Of a stretch of 64,000 nucleotides of DNA, positions 53,201-63,440 are shown piece by piece (within the stretch, counting starts at the first letter, position 1; each line of letters opens with the position of its first letter). A program made the position numbers and the translations under genes. The notes under the pieces are model-generated. The model did no database searches and had not been told where the DNA came from. It saw only the letters and a list, made by a program, of their open reading frames with translations. Origin of the DNA: Tubiluchus corallicola (lineage: Eukaryota > Animalia > Priapulida). Location of the stretch: assembly GCA_030141605.1 (NCBI GenBank), contig JAQGDQ010000076.1:647202-711201 (forward strand), read 5' to 3'.

Positions 53201-55803
53201 CGGTGATCCTAAGAAAGAACAATGCAGAGTCTATAGGAAGAAAATGAATGAATTCTTAGCAAAAAGTGATCATTGAATTCCATTATATAAACACTATGCC
53301 CAATAGTGATTTGATTGTCAAACCAACCAGAATTTTTAAGCAGCCGCTACTCATGAGACAGCCCGAGTGTTTCGTGCTCATATTCTTTTGGAATTGAAGC
53401 GCTCAGGTCTTGTATAAACACTATACGCAATACTAATTTAATTGTCAGACCAATTAGAATTGAGAAGCAGCTGTTGTTTGTGGGTCAACCTGATTGTTTC
53501 ATGCTCATGCTCTATTGGACCTGAAGCTCTTAGATCCATAGAGATTTCTAAAGACTTATTTGTAATTTTAGGTGAGGCTGGTGATACGCAGATGGAAAAC
53601 ATCCTACTCCGAAAGCAGGACCTTATTCCTGGTGGCAAGAGGTCATCAAATAGGTAAAAATAAAAATAGGCTTTGATCTACGACTTACGGCCATTTTTTT
53701 TATGACTATGTGTTATCATGTTTGAGCATTGTAAATCCCTCAAAAAAAGACTGTTCAAATGCGGCGCTAGAATCTTATCATATGCTTATGCTGTTGTGTC
53801 CTTCCATGAGTCTTTTGCAATTGAAATATCCAGTGCACAGCAAATGCAGAAGAACTGCTGATCTTGCAGCTAGCTGACTGTCTCGTGTTGCAACCTCCCA
53901 GGCATACCAGAAGTACAGTACCTTTATATTTCCAGTAGCATCTGTTTTTAGAATTAAAACACACTTATTTTAAGAAAGGTCAGAAATTTGTCTTTAAAGC
54001 GAGAATTTCATCAATAAATAACTTAACTTCGCTTGTTTAGCTTAATTTTTAGGCCAAAAATGTGTGTCTCATTCGTCAACTTTAATTTTTTTCAGATCAT
54101 GGGATAAACTTTACACCATGCTCAGAGGAGCTAATCTCATTTTCTATAAGGATCAGAAGCATGCCAAACAAGTAAAATAGTTATTTTTCACGTCCAAATG
54201 GTTCATGTTGGAAAATCAGCTGTTATAAATGGGAGAAACATCACTATGTTATAATGTTATAAGAAATAATAAACAGAGAGAGACAATAATGGAGAAAAAT
54301 GGATCAAACCCAGAACCATCTAGAATGGTTTTTTTGCATCACATTTCTGTTCATTTGTTGAAGTAAATTTTGATTTACTTCTTTAATAAATCTGATCGGT
54401 TAAATTTGTCAGCGTTTATCAGTTCTTCGTGATTACAGTTCAGTTACAGCATCTTGGTGTACTTAAATCTACTCACAGTTATTTTTAAATAAATGTCATA
54501 CCATTTGATGGTAATTGTTCACGACGTTCTTTGAAAAAACAACGTTAAGTACCATCCTGTGAAATACCAGTAGCCTATTATGTACATTAGTTTCATTTCT
54601 TCTACAGTTAACAATTTTCTTCCAGGAAGGTGCTACGTTCCGCAACGAAACACCGCTAGACTTGCGAAGCTGCACTGCTGAAGTTCCAAGCGATTATACA
54701 AAGAAAAAACACGTTTTCCGCCTGAAGTTAGTATATTTTTGTGAACTAAAATCATGTGCTTTATTTTATTTGTTAAACACAATTGTGTATATACTAAAAT
54801 AAATGAGTTTTATTTTATTAATTCGGAGCTTACAAAACACAAAACAGTCCAACAAAACTATTGTTTTCTGAGCAGTATGGCCAGGGTGATGTTACTGTGC
54901 AAAAGTAGCGTCATCTTGCTTGATTTCACCGATTTTGTTTCTTCCGAAAAATAAATGCAAATTAGGGGTGCTCAAGGTTGGGACGCGATTAACAGTGTGG
55001 GATTAGGATTCGGGTCAGGTCCGAAAATTCTGGATCAGGGATCCTGGTTGCCAACCCTTAACACATAATTATCAATAAATTGAGATAAAAAAATTACAAG
55101 AACACAAGTTCAGTCGGGCTTTAATTATAAAGACCTTGTATCCTGGACAAAAAAAGTGTAGTCTAGACTGTGAGTAGATTCCACCCACACACCGACTGGC
55201 AGTGTACCAGCTATAAATACGTTAATTGCCATTTTGTCAATGGTAAAACAGTTGTTTACTGTAAAGTGTTAGCATTTTATTTATTTATTCTGCACTGATG
55301 TTATCAACATGGTTAGCAAACTTGGTGTTATACAAAATACATTTGCGGTGAAGACATATAAGACATGGCAACAAGTGTATTCTCTTACCTTTCCTTGATG
55401 TCTGCATAATCAAAACTTGCACAGTTTCACTATGCTAAGTAAATATAAAAGTGAACATGGTTCAGCATCCAATTGCATATTTACAATGTGTGCAAGTTCA
55501 ATTCTTTTTTATTTATCAAACAACACAAAATTACATTTACAGTTTGTCCTGCAGTTGATTTGCATAACTTGTTTTAGAATTCCCATTGTTCTTGTGCTAC
55601 CTTTCAGACTCGAAGATGGCAGCGTATACTTATTCCAAGCTAAGGATGACGGTGAGATGGAGTACTGGATACGAGCAATTCAGGCTGTAAGAGACACACC
55701 CATCACTCCGCCCTCCCCCTCCAGAGCGCAAACGCTTCCCGTTGCCATCGCCGAGAAGAAGGAAGAACCGAAAAAGCGCAGTTTCTTCACACTGAAGAAA
55801 TAA
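5340..55803 (+). CDS. SPTBN1: Beta-spectrin (conventional, non-erythroid type), 43 coding exons in window, 5' end incomplete
   Basis: Exons joined at GT-AG sites give one continuous frame: CH1 ([21 protein letters not shown]), CH2 ([34 protein letters not shown]), 17 spectrin repeats, PH domain, C-terminal [17 protein letters not shown]. Symbol is the nearest vertebrate name, not a one-to-one orthology claim. Confidence 0.97.
5978..6151 (+). CDS. SPTBN1: beta-spectrin exon, CH1
   Basis: cag|[26 protein letters not shown]|gttagc. Confidence 0.95.
6552..6724 (+). CDS. SPTBN1: beta-spectrin exon, CH2
   Basis: tag|[38 protein letters not shown](R)|gtgagt. Confidence 0.95.
7380..7495 (+). CDS. 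SPTBN1: beta-spectrin exon, CH2
   Basis: cag|[28 protein letters not shown]|gtaac. Confidence 0.95.
9037..9149 (+). CDS. SPTBN1: beta-spectrin exon, end of CH2
   Basis: cag|(D)[31 protein letters not shown]|gtaaag. Confidence 0.95.
9689..9876 (+). CDS. SPTBN1: beta-spectrin exon, repeat 1
   Basis: tag|[32 protein letters not shown](K)|gtaagt. Confidence 0.95.
10697..10973 (+). CDS. SPTBN1: beta-spectrin exon, repeats 1-2
   Basis: tag|[34 protein letters not shown]|gtgagc. Confidence 0.95.
11320..11483 (+). CDS. SPTBN1: beta-spectrin exon, repeat 2
   Basis: cag|[38 protein letters not shown](R)|gtaatc. Confidence 0.95.
12314..12452 (+). CDS. SPTBN1: beta-spectrin exon, repeats 2-3
   Basis: tag|[26 protein letters not shown]|gtatgt. 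Confidence 0.95.
12884..13165. repeat. ~65-bp imperfect inverted repeat (MITE/foldback)
   Basis: aaattttgttgtaaacgatgatgtttcgaaaacccccaagttttcatcttc pairs with gaagatgaaaactagtgagttttcgaaatatcattgtttattacaaaatt. Confidence 0.75.
13846..14011 (+). CDS. SPTBN1: beta-spectrin exon, repeat 3
   Basis: tag|[27 protein letters not shown]|gtatgc. Confidence 0.93.
14200..14444 (+). CDS. SPTBN1: beta-spectrin exon, repeats 3-4
   Basis: tag|(G)[34 protein letters not shown]|gtttgt. Confidence 0.95.
14895..15095 (+). CDS. SPTBN1: beta-spectrin exon, repeat 4
   Basis: cag|[26 protein letters not shown]|gtaata. Confidence 0.95.
16135..16251 (+). CDS. SPTBN1: beta-spectrin exon, repeat 5
   Basis: cag|[39 protein letters not shown]|gtacaa. 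Confidence 0.93.
16601..16843 (+). CDS. SPTBN1: beta-spectrin exon, repeats 5-6
   Basis: cag|[17 protein letters not shown]|gtagag. Confidence 0.93.
17258..17466 (+). CDS. SPTBN1: beta-spectrin exon, repeat 6
   Basis: cag|[32 protein letters not shown](K)|gtatgt. Confidence 0.93.
17837..17933 (+). CDS. SPTBN1: beta-spectrin exon, repeats 6-7
   Basis: cag|[32 protein letters not shown]|gtaagc. Confidence 0.9.
18062..18190 (+). CDS. SPTBN1: beta-spectrin exon, repeat 7
   Basis: cag|[43 protein letters not shown]|gtgaca. Confidence 0.93.
18811..19919. mobile_element. Non-autonomous TTAA-flanked DNA transposon (piggyBac-like)
   Basis: Ends ttaactccttcacgacg and revcomp ttaacaacttcccgatg; internal inverted copies of ctttNNNgaagaagattttgc near 19092 and 19733; no transposase ORF. 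Confidence 0.55.
20282..20398 (+). CDS. SPTBN1: beta-spectrin exon, repeat 7
   Basis: cag|[27 protein letters not shown]|gtagga. Confidence 0.92.
20638..20772 (+). CDS. SPTBN1: beta-spectrin exon, repeats 7-8
   Basis: tag|[36 protein letters not shown]|gtttgt. Confidence 0.93.
22567..22707 (+). CDS. SPTBN1: beta-spectrin exon, repeat 8
   Basis: cag|[30 protein letters not shown]|gtaatt. Confidence 0.93.
23066..23233 (+). CDS. SPTBN1: beta-spectrin exon, repeats 8-9
   Basis: tag|[31 protein letters not shown]|gtgagt. Confidence 0.93.
23735..23907 (+). CDS. SPTBN1: beta-spectrin exon, repeat 9
   Basis: tag|[31 protein letters not shown](R)|gtatgt. Confidence 0.93.
24916..25153 (+). CDS. SPTBN1: beta-spectrin exon, repeats 9-10
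   Basis: cag|[42 protein letters not shown]|gtacat. Confidence 0.95.
25844..26104 (+). CDS. SPTBN1: beta-spectrin exon, repeats 10-11
   Basis: cag|[34 protein letters not shown]|gtgagt. Confidence 0.93.
26761..26900 (+). CDS. SPTBN1: beta-spectrin exon, repeat 11
   Basis: cag|[24 protein letters not shown](R)|gtgtgt. Confidence 0.92.
27095..27281 (+). CDS. SPTBN1: beta-spectrin exon, repeats 11-12
   Basis: cag|[33 protein letters not shown]|gtgatt. Confidence 0.95.
27549..27665 (+). CDS. SPTBN1: beta-spectrin exon, repeat 12
   Basis: cag|[39 protein letters not shown]|gtatgt. Confidence 0.93.
29093..29176 (+). CDS. SPTBN1: beta-spectrin exon, end of repeat 12
   Basis: tag|[28 protein letters not shown]|gtgagt; followed by a 14.5 kb phase-0 intron. 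Confidence 0.92.
34351..34402. repeat. (TC)n microsatellite within a pyrimidine-rich tract
   Basis: Direct reading. Confidence 0.97.
40176..40943 (+). CDS. Putative alternative first coding exon of a short beta-spectrin isoform (256 aa, Ser-rich, probably disordered)
   Basis: Longest ORF in the window (306 aa unspliced). ATG in AAAATGG context with in-frame TAA at 40161-40163 upstream. Phase-0 donor GAG|GTTAGA matches the phase-0 acceptor at 43648. Confidence 0.65.
42754..42821 (-). mobile_element. tRNA-derived SINE-like head / tRNA pseudogene
   Basis: Revcomp GCCTCTGTGGTGTAGATGTTAGTACAGCTGCCCGGAAAGCAGAAGGCCTGGGTTCAAGTCCGAATGAA has A-box and B-box (GGTTCAAGTCC) but no acceptor-stem pairing. 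Confidence 0.6.
43648..43856 (+). CDS. SPTBN1: beta-spectrin exon, repeat 13
   Basis: cag|[33 protein letters not shown](S)|gtttgt. Confidence 0.95.
44169..44225. repeat. (GAT)n microsatellite
   Basis: Direct reading. Confidence 0.97.
44960..45164 (+). CDS. SPTBN1: beta-spectrin exon, repeats 13-14
   Basis: cag|[29 protein letters not shown]|gtacgt. Confidence 0.95.
45830..46093 (+). CDS. SPTBN1: beta-spectrin exon, repeats 14-15 (ankyrin-binding region)
   Basis: cag|[43 protein letters not shown]|gtaagt. Confidence 0.95.
46351..46615 (+). CDS. SPTBN1: beta-spectrin exon, repeat 15
   Basis: cag|[34 protein letters not shown]|gtacat. Confidence 0.95.
47514..47743 (+). CDS. SPTBN1: beta-spectrin exon, repeat 16
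   Basis: cag|(G)[32 protein letters not shown]|gtaagg. Confidence 0.95.
48254..48338 (+). CDS. SPTBN1: beta-spectrin exon, repeat 16
   Basis: cag|[28 protein letters not shown]|gtaaag. Confidence 0.93.
48584..48675 (+). CDS. SPTBN1: beta-spectrin exon, partial repeat 17 (tetramerisation site)
   Basis: tag|(V)[30 protein letters not shown]|gtaagc. Confidence 0.93.
48810..48914 (+). CDS. SPTBN1: beta-spectrin exon, partial repeat 17
   Basis: cag|[35 protein letters not shown]|gtaagc. Confidence 0.95.
50668..50771 (+). CDS. SPTBN1: beta-spectrin exon, charged helix after repeat 17
   Basis: cag|[34 protein letters not shown](Q)|gtaaga. Confidence 0.92.
51928..52022 (+). CDS. SPTBN1: beta-spectrin exon, linker
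   Basis: tttag|[33 protein letters not shown]|gtaagc; phases 2->1 fit the neighbouring exons. Confidence 0.85.
52768..52836 (+). CDS. SPTBN1: beta-spectrin 69-nt symmetric linker exon (possible cassette)
   Basis: tttctttag|(A)[23 protein letters not shown]|gtgagt; phase 1-1. Confidence 0.75.
53572..53653 (+). CDS. SPTBN1: beta-spectrin exon, start of PH domain
   Basis: tag|(G)[26 protein letters not shown](R)|gtaaaa. Confidence 0.88.
54096..54171 (+). CDS. SPTBN1: beta-spectrin exon, PH domain
   Basis: cag|[25 protein letters not shown]|gtaaaa. Confidence 0.92.
54626..54726 (+). CDS. SPTBN1: beta-spectrin exon, PH domain
   Basis: cag|[33 protein letters not shown](K)|gttagt. Confidence 0.93.
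55608..55803 (+). CDS. SPTBN1: beta-spectrin terminal coding exon (end of PH domain and tail)
   Basis: cag|[44 protein letters not shown]. Confidence 0.95.
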
Positions 55804-57049
55804 CCCATAGTTTAATCACTATTTACTTGTGTGTTAGTCACGTCGCTTGTTGATGTTTACTAAATATTTATAAATAATTAAACACCAGGCTTGTATGTAA
55901 TTTTACTGTGTTATTAGCTAAACTTGTGCAAACGTCAGATGTTTGGATATGATAATTGAAACTGCTAGTTGGCCTTTTAGTTGCATTTACTTTCAGTGCA
56001 AAGCTGCATTATCAAATAAAGCTCATTTCCATTCATAAATGCAGCAGTCATTTGACTAATGTAATCCTTTATTGCAGGTTTGTGAGTGTCATAGATTCAA
56101 GTGATATTACACTCACTTTCTTACCCAAAGCTTACATGACAAACTATAATACCATCATTCACTTGTGTACACTGAGATGGTGACTATGAACTCTACTTGT
56201 TCTATGAATGTCTCTTGAAGGCCGAAAAAATTGTTTTCTTCGTGGTAACGTAGAAAGATGACAATCTTTGATCTGTCTGCAATTGTGAATCCTTGTCAAA
56301 TTTCATTTTTTCACTTCATTTTATTTGTATCAATAGGCTGACGGAGTTATGATGTTGTGACTTTGCTCATCTACTTGGCCTTTATCAACTAGTCATATTA
56401 ATATACTCTTTATTATTTACAGTCTAATTTTTAAATTTATTTTTTCTTTGAATTTATTTCTAGTATGTTTTACTGTGTATCTAATAAATGATTAACAATT
56501 TTTACTCTGATTAGTTGTAGTTTTCCATCAGTATTCTTTTGTGTGCAGCTAATTGCTGGTTGTAATAAAATTCTCGTTAAATCATTAATATTATAACCCA
56601 GAGGCTGTGATGGTGTTTGTGTCGATTTGACCTTTCATTTTGTTTCTTAAAATACATGTGAAAGTACAGAGATAATGCTGTTGCATTGTATTAAAATTCA
56701 CCATAAAATCATTGCCCTATAAACAATTTGACACTTTTTTATGTATATAAAATAGTGTTAAATTATCAAATCCGTAGTTCTTAGTCATTCATACAGCAGA
56801 ATAGTGCTCTGTGAGACATTGCCTGACGTATTTTCTACGATTGTCTTACAAATATCTATGCATTGCTTATCTCTGGTTTTATTCATATAACACTCTACCA
56901 GTCTATCAAGTTGTACGTGTGAAAAGATTTGGTTCTACGATCTGTGTTTTTCCTCCCACATTTCTTCCAAGTTTTTACCTTTTATGTAAAAATGTATTTC
57001 TAGCCCATTATATCAATTCATTTCAATCTCTTAATTAGCTTTCGCCAGA

Positions 57050-57055
57050 AATAAA
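57050..57055 (+). terminator. Candidate poly(A) signal of beta-spectrin
   Basis: AATAAA about 1.25 kb after the stop, followed by a GT/T-rich tract (tttgtttatgtattgt); other AATAAA hexamers occur earlier in the UTR. Confidence 0.35.
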
Positions 57056-57258
57056 TCTGTACTGTGTAATTGAAAATGGTCGATGCTTTGTTTATGTATT
57101 GTAACCTTTGTAGACCAGGCTGCAAATAGGAAGATACAAGTAATGAAGACTCTGAATTAAAGAACTATAGTACCATTATCATATGAAGTACTGGCTAGAT
57201 TCATTAGTGAAAAATTACTGGCTGGAGAACTGCTGCCACTGAGCTCATAAAAACAGTT

Positions 57259-57584
57259 TCTTTACGCTTAAATTTGAATACTGCATGCATACCGTGTGCA
57301 TAAATTATGATTATTAAATAGATCTGTGAATGAGCAAGTTTGCGAAATTGGTTGTGACACATTAGTTAGCAAATTATCCAAGAGCTTCGTATATATTTAC
57401 AAATAAAAAGTATTACACATCTTTACGCTTAAATGGGAATACTGCATCCATACCGTGTGCATAAATTATGATTACTAAATAAATCTGTAAATGAGCAAGT
57501 TTGCGAAATTGGTTGTGACACATTAGTTAGCAAATTATCCAAAAGCTTTGTCTGTATTTACAAATAAAAAGTATTACACATCTT
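57259..57584. repeat. Tandem duplication, 2 x 161 bp
   Basis: Units start tctttacgcttaaat at 57259 and 57420 and differ by only scattered substitutions. Confidence 0.93.
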
Positions 57585-59776
57585 ATGATGGTATGTCTGA
57601 TTTGTTTATGCTATGTTACGTGAAAATCACAACACTGATTAGACGTCTGACTTTGAACTTTATTAAATATAAAGAACGTTTACTAACAGACCCGACAATG
57701 TTATTACACAAACTTCCAGCTAAAAATATACAAACAAAAACTGAGTAGAAAATAAAAAATGATCAGAAATCTTTTGTGTTGTGCATGATTGTTGCATGGC
57801 ATGATAAAATTTAATGGTAAAAATTAGATTTAATACGAATAACTACCAAAAGCACTTCCGTGACTAGCATTGACTAATTGCCACATTTTAACTGAAATTC
57901 GAAGCACCAATAAAGTTAAGCAAGTGGTATGTACTGTAGTATCTGAAGTAGGCAACTACAGCAGATATTTAGAAGCTGAAACACAGCGTTTTAGCACAAA
58001 TCTATTAATGACAAGAACAGCAACAACGGTGTAAAAATCTGCCAATCAAAAACCACAAGACAAAGACTTTTATAATAAAAATGATAACAAAGAATTTTTA
58101 CCCGTGTTTTTTCTTAAGTTTTTATAGTGGAACTTTTTTAATTCAGAAGTTTTTAGTTTTCACCAACTAGTTATTACTATAATGCAACACCATTATTGCA
58201 AACTGTTGCAAATACATATACATAAAACAATCGCTTTTAGCTTACACTGTTTAATGAATGAGTTTCAAAAAGGTATCAAGATCATTCTCCTAAAGTGTCT
58301 TAAGTTAAAAAATGTAACATTTACAGTTTGAAGTGACAGATATCAGTGTCATTCTTGGTTTTACACACCAATGCAGTGTCTAAAATCAGACACAACATAA
58401 GATAAAATAAGGTAGAAACTACATAAATATAGTGAGGCATTCTTTGTATCACTCACATGATTAAATATATATATAAATCAACATATGTATGCATAAACAA
58501 AGCTGACACTTATCTGCTTGGAAAATAATATGTGACTATCAAAAACTGCTAAACAAATATTATTATGGATAATTATTTGATATAGTTTTAATGTTTATTA
58601 TACAATTTATAATGTTTGCTGTTAAAAATGGCTAACTGCAGTCTGATGTGCCATATTTCAAAGGTTTTGCACATAACAGTACCAATGACAATGCATTCAA
58701 AAATGTATACAAGTAATATACAGTCAACTCTGCTCAAACAACATATGTATAGCTACATGCTCCAAATTAACAGATAACTACTAACATTGCATAGAATTAT
58801 GCCGACTATAAGTATCTATAAAGTAGTATTAGATGATCAAACTGCTTCCATTTTACCAACAGTAAACACTGCCATGCATTTTCTATCACTTGTATTAGTA
58901 TCACTTATGTCACTACTCATGTTGCTTACAAAAATAAAAAACCACATCACTTTTAGGGTGGCGTTAACAATTAATGACAGTAAAATGTACATAAAAAACA
59001 AAAAAATACCTAAACATCAACTGAAAACTATAAAAATGTATTATACATAAAATGTAAACGAGAATTTTTTTACACACAAATTTATTAAATACAATATTAA
59101 CATAATATCTATGTGGTTAATAATTTGAAATATACCATTTTTGTAAAACTTTTGTTCAAAATGGCATGTAAAATTGTTGTGCACTTATACTAGATGCACA
59201 TGACAAATTGTCTGTAAACAGCCTTAGACAAAATTTGTCCGTACACAGGAACACAAGAACACGGGTAGATAAGTTTGCGTCAAACAAAAAAATTAAGCAT
59301 GTTTAATAATAATGTGCAGTAAAGTTGGTAAAACAGGGTTTATCAAGCAGTGAGTGCGAAGATGAGCAAAAAATCTATGTAAGACTGGTTGTTGCAAGCA
59401 GATTTTGCATCGTGTGTGTCAGCCCATGTATTACAACTTGCAAATATAAGATTTATTAACAGTGGCATAACACAAATTTGAATCATTTCTGAAAAATTAT
59501 TGTTACCATTATTAATATCATCATTAATATTACTTGCAGAATAAGTGTAAATGTGTAACAACAATCAGTGTATATTGAAATATAATTAAAATGGTAAATC
59601 CATCATCAAGCATAAACACGGGTTATCTGTTAAAAATATATGCACAATTTATTCTATTCTACAACTAAGTCAAACACGGGGTATTAGCAGTGCTTACAGT
59701 GACTTAGCATCACATAATTTCATGACATGAAGAATCCTTAACTCAATTTATATGCCTTCCTTTGTCAGCAAACTGA

Positions 59777-60083
59777 TTATGCCTTAGCTGCCTGATAGGT
59801 CGCAAGCAACAGTGTCAAAAATCCAGTGATCGAGAGTGACAGGCAGAGAGATAAGGAGGTCCAGTACTTCCCCAGAAGACTAGCGATGGTATTACATTCG
59901 TTGTGCATTTCAAAAGACTCCAACATTTTGTCAGCTGAGAAGTTGATGGTCAAAACTTCGCCACAGATATTTTTACCATTTCGATCGCCATATGAGATGT
60001 AATTAAGAAGAAGAACGGTGGCACCTAGGGCTATCCCACAGCCAAGCACCGAAGCAGTGGCAGCAATAACGCATATTGTTTTC
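59777..60083 (-). CDS. MS4A/CD20-like tetraspan membrane protein, coding exon 2 (spliced product 191 aa)
   Basis: cttacag|G KTICVIAATASVLGCGIALGATVLLL (TM3), loop with two Cys, SLSLCLSLSITGFLTLLLA (TM4), stop; phase 2 matches exon 1. Confidence 0.8.
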
Positions 60084-60774
60084 CTGTAAGCAAACAAAAC
60101 AAACAAAATGTCACTTAAAATAAGAATCTAAATGACGTAAAGCTTTCCTTTTATTTTAGAAGACACAAATCAACATGTCAAACATCATCCCTGGCTTTTC
60201 ATAGAATTGATATTTACTCAAAATTACCGCATGTGAATAATTACACGATTAATTTGCTGCTGTACGCATTTCAGAATTCTAAAAAGAAGACAATCACGAG
60301 TCATTATCATTTTTTAAAATCCAAAATTATTTCAGGAAAGGCAAGTGTTAAACCATAATGCAAACTTTACATAAATTTTTGCAGAAATATATCATTTTCA
60401 ATATATTTCTTTACAAAAATTACTTCAATTTCAAATCAGAAAGGGGAAACAGGCCAAACGTTTATCACATGGTAAGGGATAAGGACCCTAAAGGCTCTAT
60501 TGAACCCCCATTTCCAGCTTTTAACGGATGATTTCTCAAGAAATTACAATATCTGAATTTGCTTCCAGACTAGGACAGAAACAGAGAGAAGAGAGAGAAA
60601 GCAAAAAGTACAGACAGCAAGAGGTGGGGAAGAAAGCTAAAGTCAAATAGACAGAAACGGAAGCAAAAAAAAAACAAAGAGACAGAAAACAATGGGAAAA
60701 CGAAAAATAGACAACATAAGAAAGACAGTACAGATAAAACAGGTGTAACTATGCACAATATATTAACTACTCAC

Positions 60775-61043
60775 TTATTCCTGACACCAGCAATGACTAC
60801 AAGAATGCCCGTAATAATGAATGCAAGACCACACCAAATTCCTTCTCCAACACTATCAAATCTGTTTTGTGAAATTAGTACTGTTCCCAATACAAATGAT
60901 ATTATTCCAATGACGATTTCGGCAATTCCAAGGCAGAATAGTGTCACTCTTTGCCAGCCAGATGCCTTACGAAATTTCCGACATTCTACTTCTTCTGATG
61001 AACCAAGGCGTTGCAGTTCATGCTCTCCAGCATGCGTCGCCAT
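60775..61043 (-). CDS. MS4A/CD20-like tetraspan membrane protein, coding exon 1
   Basis: MATHAGE..LGIAEIVIGIISFVLG..GEGIWCGLAFIITGILVVIAG..N(K)|gtgagt; LGxxxIxxG and GxWxGxxFIxxG are typical of TM1/TM2 of the CD20-like family. Confidence 0.8.
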
Positions 61044-63002
61044 GACGACTAAGTTTTAGCATAAAAAATGAAAGAAAAATTATTTTAATGATAACTGGAC
61101 AGCTTGATTAAGTTTCAAAAACATGTAATACACATGTTCATTCTCTCAGCTACAGAGCCTTTGATCTTTTACTTTCTCAGCACCGTATTTATAGCTTGTG
61201 CTAAACAATGGTCTTATATTGACTTAATTACTCTGTGCAGAATTATTGTTCAGTGAACGAATCTGCCAAAGAAGCGTGCGACAAAAGCTTACAAATTACA
61301 CGAAAAGCTTGTTTTTTAATTTTGAATCCATAAAAAATGGTTAATGAATAGACAAATCGGGTCTCGCAAGTCCAAAATGAATATAATCACTCGAAACTCA
61401 GTCATTAACAGATAACATTATAATTATGCAGTGACATACCTATACTGTTGTAATAATAGTTATATAAACTGATGTAAACAAATTAAGTAGTATTAGACAG
61501 CTACTATTAGTAGCTACATCATTAGACCAGTTTATTTATAAACAGATATTTACAATACTTAAAATAGTAGGTATGCCGTTGGATATCATCTATTACACTG
61601 TTTTCTCTGTGGGAGGAAATGCATAACTATAATCGACAAGCAGAAATCTGGCTAGGCATATTTTGATGACAAGTATAACTTTCTAAACATAGAAAAGTTA
61701 GTGTTGCGAGAATAAAGACATATAACTTATGGCATATGAACATAATTTTGAAGAAAACAAAGTGGCAGGGAACACACAATTGATATTATGCCTAATCATG
61801 TTTTTAGCCTTCACTTTCATCAAGCAAAGTTTTTCCTTGATGGCCAATAATGACAAAGTTATATCAATGATGAGACCAATTCTGAACTATGCTAATGTGA
61901 TTTGGAATTAAACACACAGGAAGACATGAGAAGTGAAAACTGTTCAAGGTCTAACTACAGTCAACAAAAATCAAGAAAGGATCAATCTTTCAAAAACTAA
62001 AATAAAAGCAGGACATGAATCAGTCTTTCAGTATAATTAAAAGCTTGATCTTCATCGATTTCAGTGGGTTTATTTCGCATACGAGCGACACGGTCTATGT
62101 CTCGGTCACTCAAGGTCCCATGGGGGTTTGTTTTTTGATCTGAGATGTCTGGGAGGAACCATGCGTTTGCCCTTTTTGCAAAACTTATAAAATTCAGCTC
62201 TAAAAAACCTTAGCATGAGATACAGAGTGCTACATATCACTGGAAAGAGCTTTTAACGTAGAATATAACAAATATGATTTGGTTTCCCAGAAAATTCGCA
62301 AGCCGATGCAGTAGGCATTTTAACGGATCCACCCACCAAAATTTTGTGAAAAAATGGGCAAACAGCCCCTAGAAAAAATAAATTTTTTACTGTTTGGGCA
62401 ATTTTGGATAAAATGAACAAACTCTCAGAAAGAGGACAAAATGGTCTATAAAGTTTGAGTGTTTGGTTTAGAAACATTAATGGAATAATTAGGGAGTGAG
62501 AATTGGATGTTCTAATTCTTTTCAAACCTAAATGTATAGATACAGCACTTCAACCACAGACACTCTTTATCTTCTTTGCAATGAAATCGGGACCTAAATG
62601 TCAACTCATGTATGGTCCTTTCTCATATTCATTTTAAAGTTATCGACAGATGCTGCATGCACAGCATCAGCGGAGAGTGAGTTCCATAGATGGGCCCTTC
62701 GAGGAGCAAATTGGAACAGATGGAGCTAATTCAATGAAAAGTTTGGAATCATAACCTCATAGTTCTCTGTTAGATCTTGAGAGGGAAACCTCGATTTGCC
62801 TGACCTGTTATGTGATTAACGTGAATATTACACTTTAGGTCATTGGATACGAAGCTGCCCAAATCACGTACAACAGATTTCTCTTCTGACTCCACTACCG
62901 ATATAATATGGTGTGTGAGATTTGTTCCATGCACGTAATAAGAAACATTTGCTTCACTTTGCTAATGTCGTCGTCATCGGACATTACTTTACACTATATA
63001 TT

Positions 63003-63126
<124 letters not shown>

Positions 63127-63285
63127 AGTAAGCTCAACTTCCTACGTGATTTGGTTTTTACTTTAGCCAAGGCTAGTCTGTGAATGGATGGGTGAATGCC
63201 TTCCAAGCTCACTGTGGGAGGAGTGACTGATCCTAACCTTTTATCTATAGGAGCAGAGATATATGGCTAACATACGTCTGCTGGA

Positions 63286-63440
63286 TTTAGATTAGATTTA
63301 AATTAGATTACTTTATTTTATCTCCAAAAACATATATATAATTTTATTAGACACATTTCATAACAGAAAACAAGGAGCAAATTAAATGAAACAAAAAAGG
63401 AATTTAAAACAAGAGAAAGGGTGGCGAAGAATTAATATTC
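63286..63440 (-). mobile_element. Probable LINE (CR1/L2-type) 3' tail
   Basis: Minus strand ends in ATAAA followed by TCTAA-type tandem units; a similar tail (aataaatctaaatcta) lies on + near 24834-24850. Confidence 0.4.

Noticed and set aside
61186-61193. TATAAATA on the - strand as the TATA box of the MS4A-like gene
   Set aside because: An acceptor-like site just before the ATG suggests this lies in a 5'UTR intron; not decidable in AT-rich DNA.
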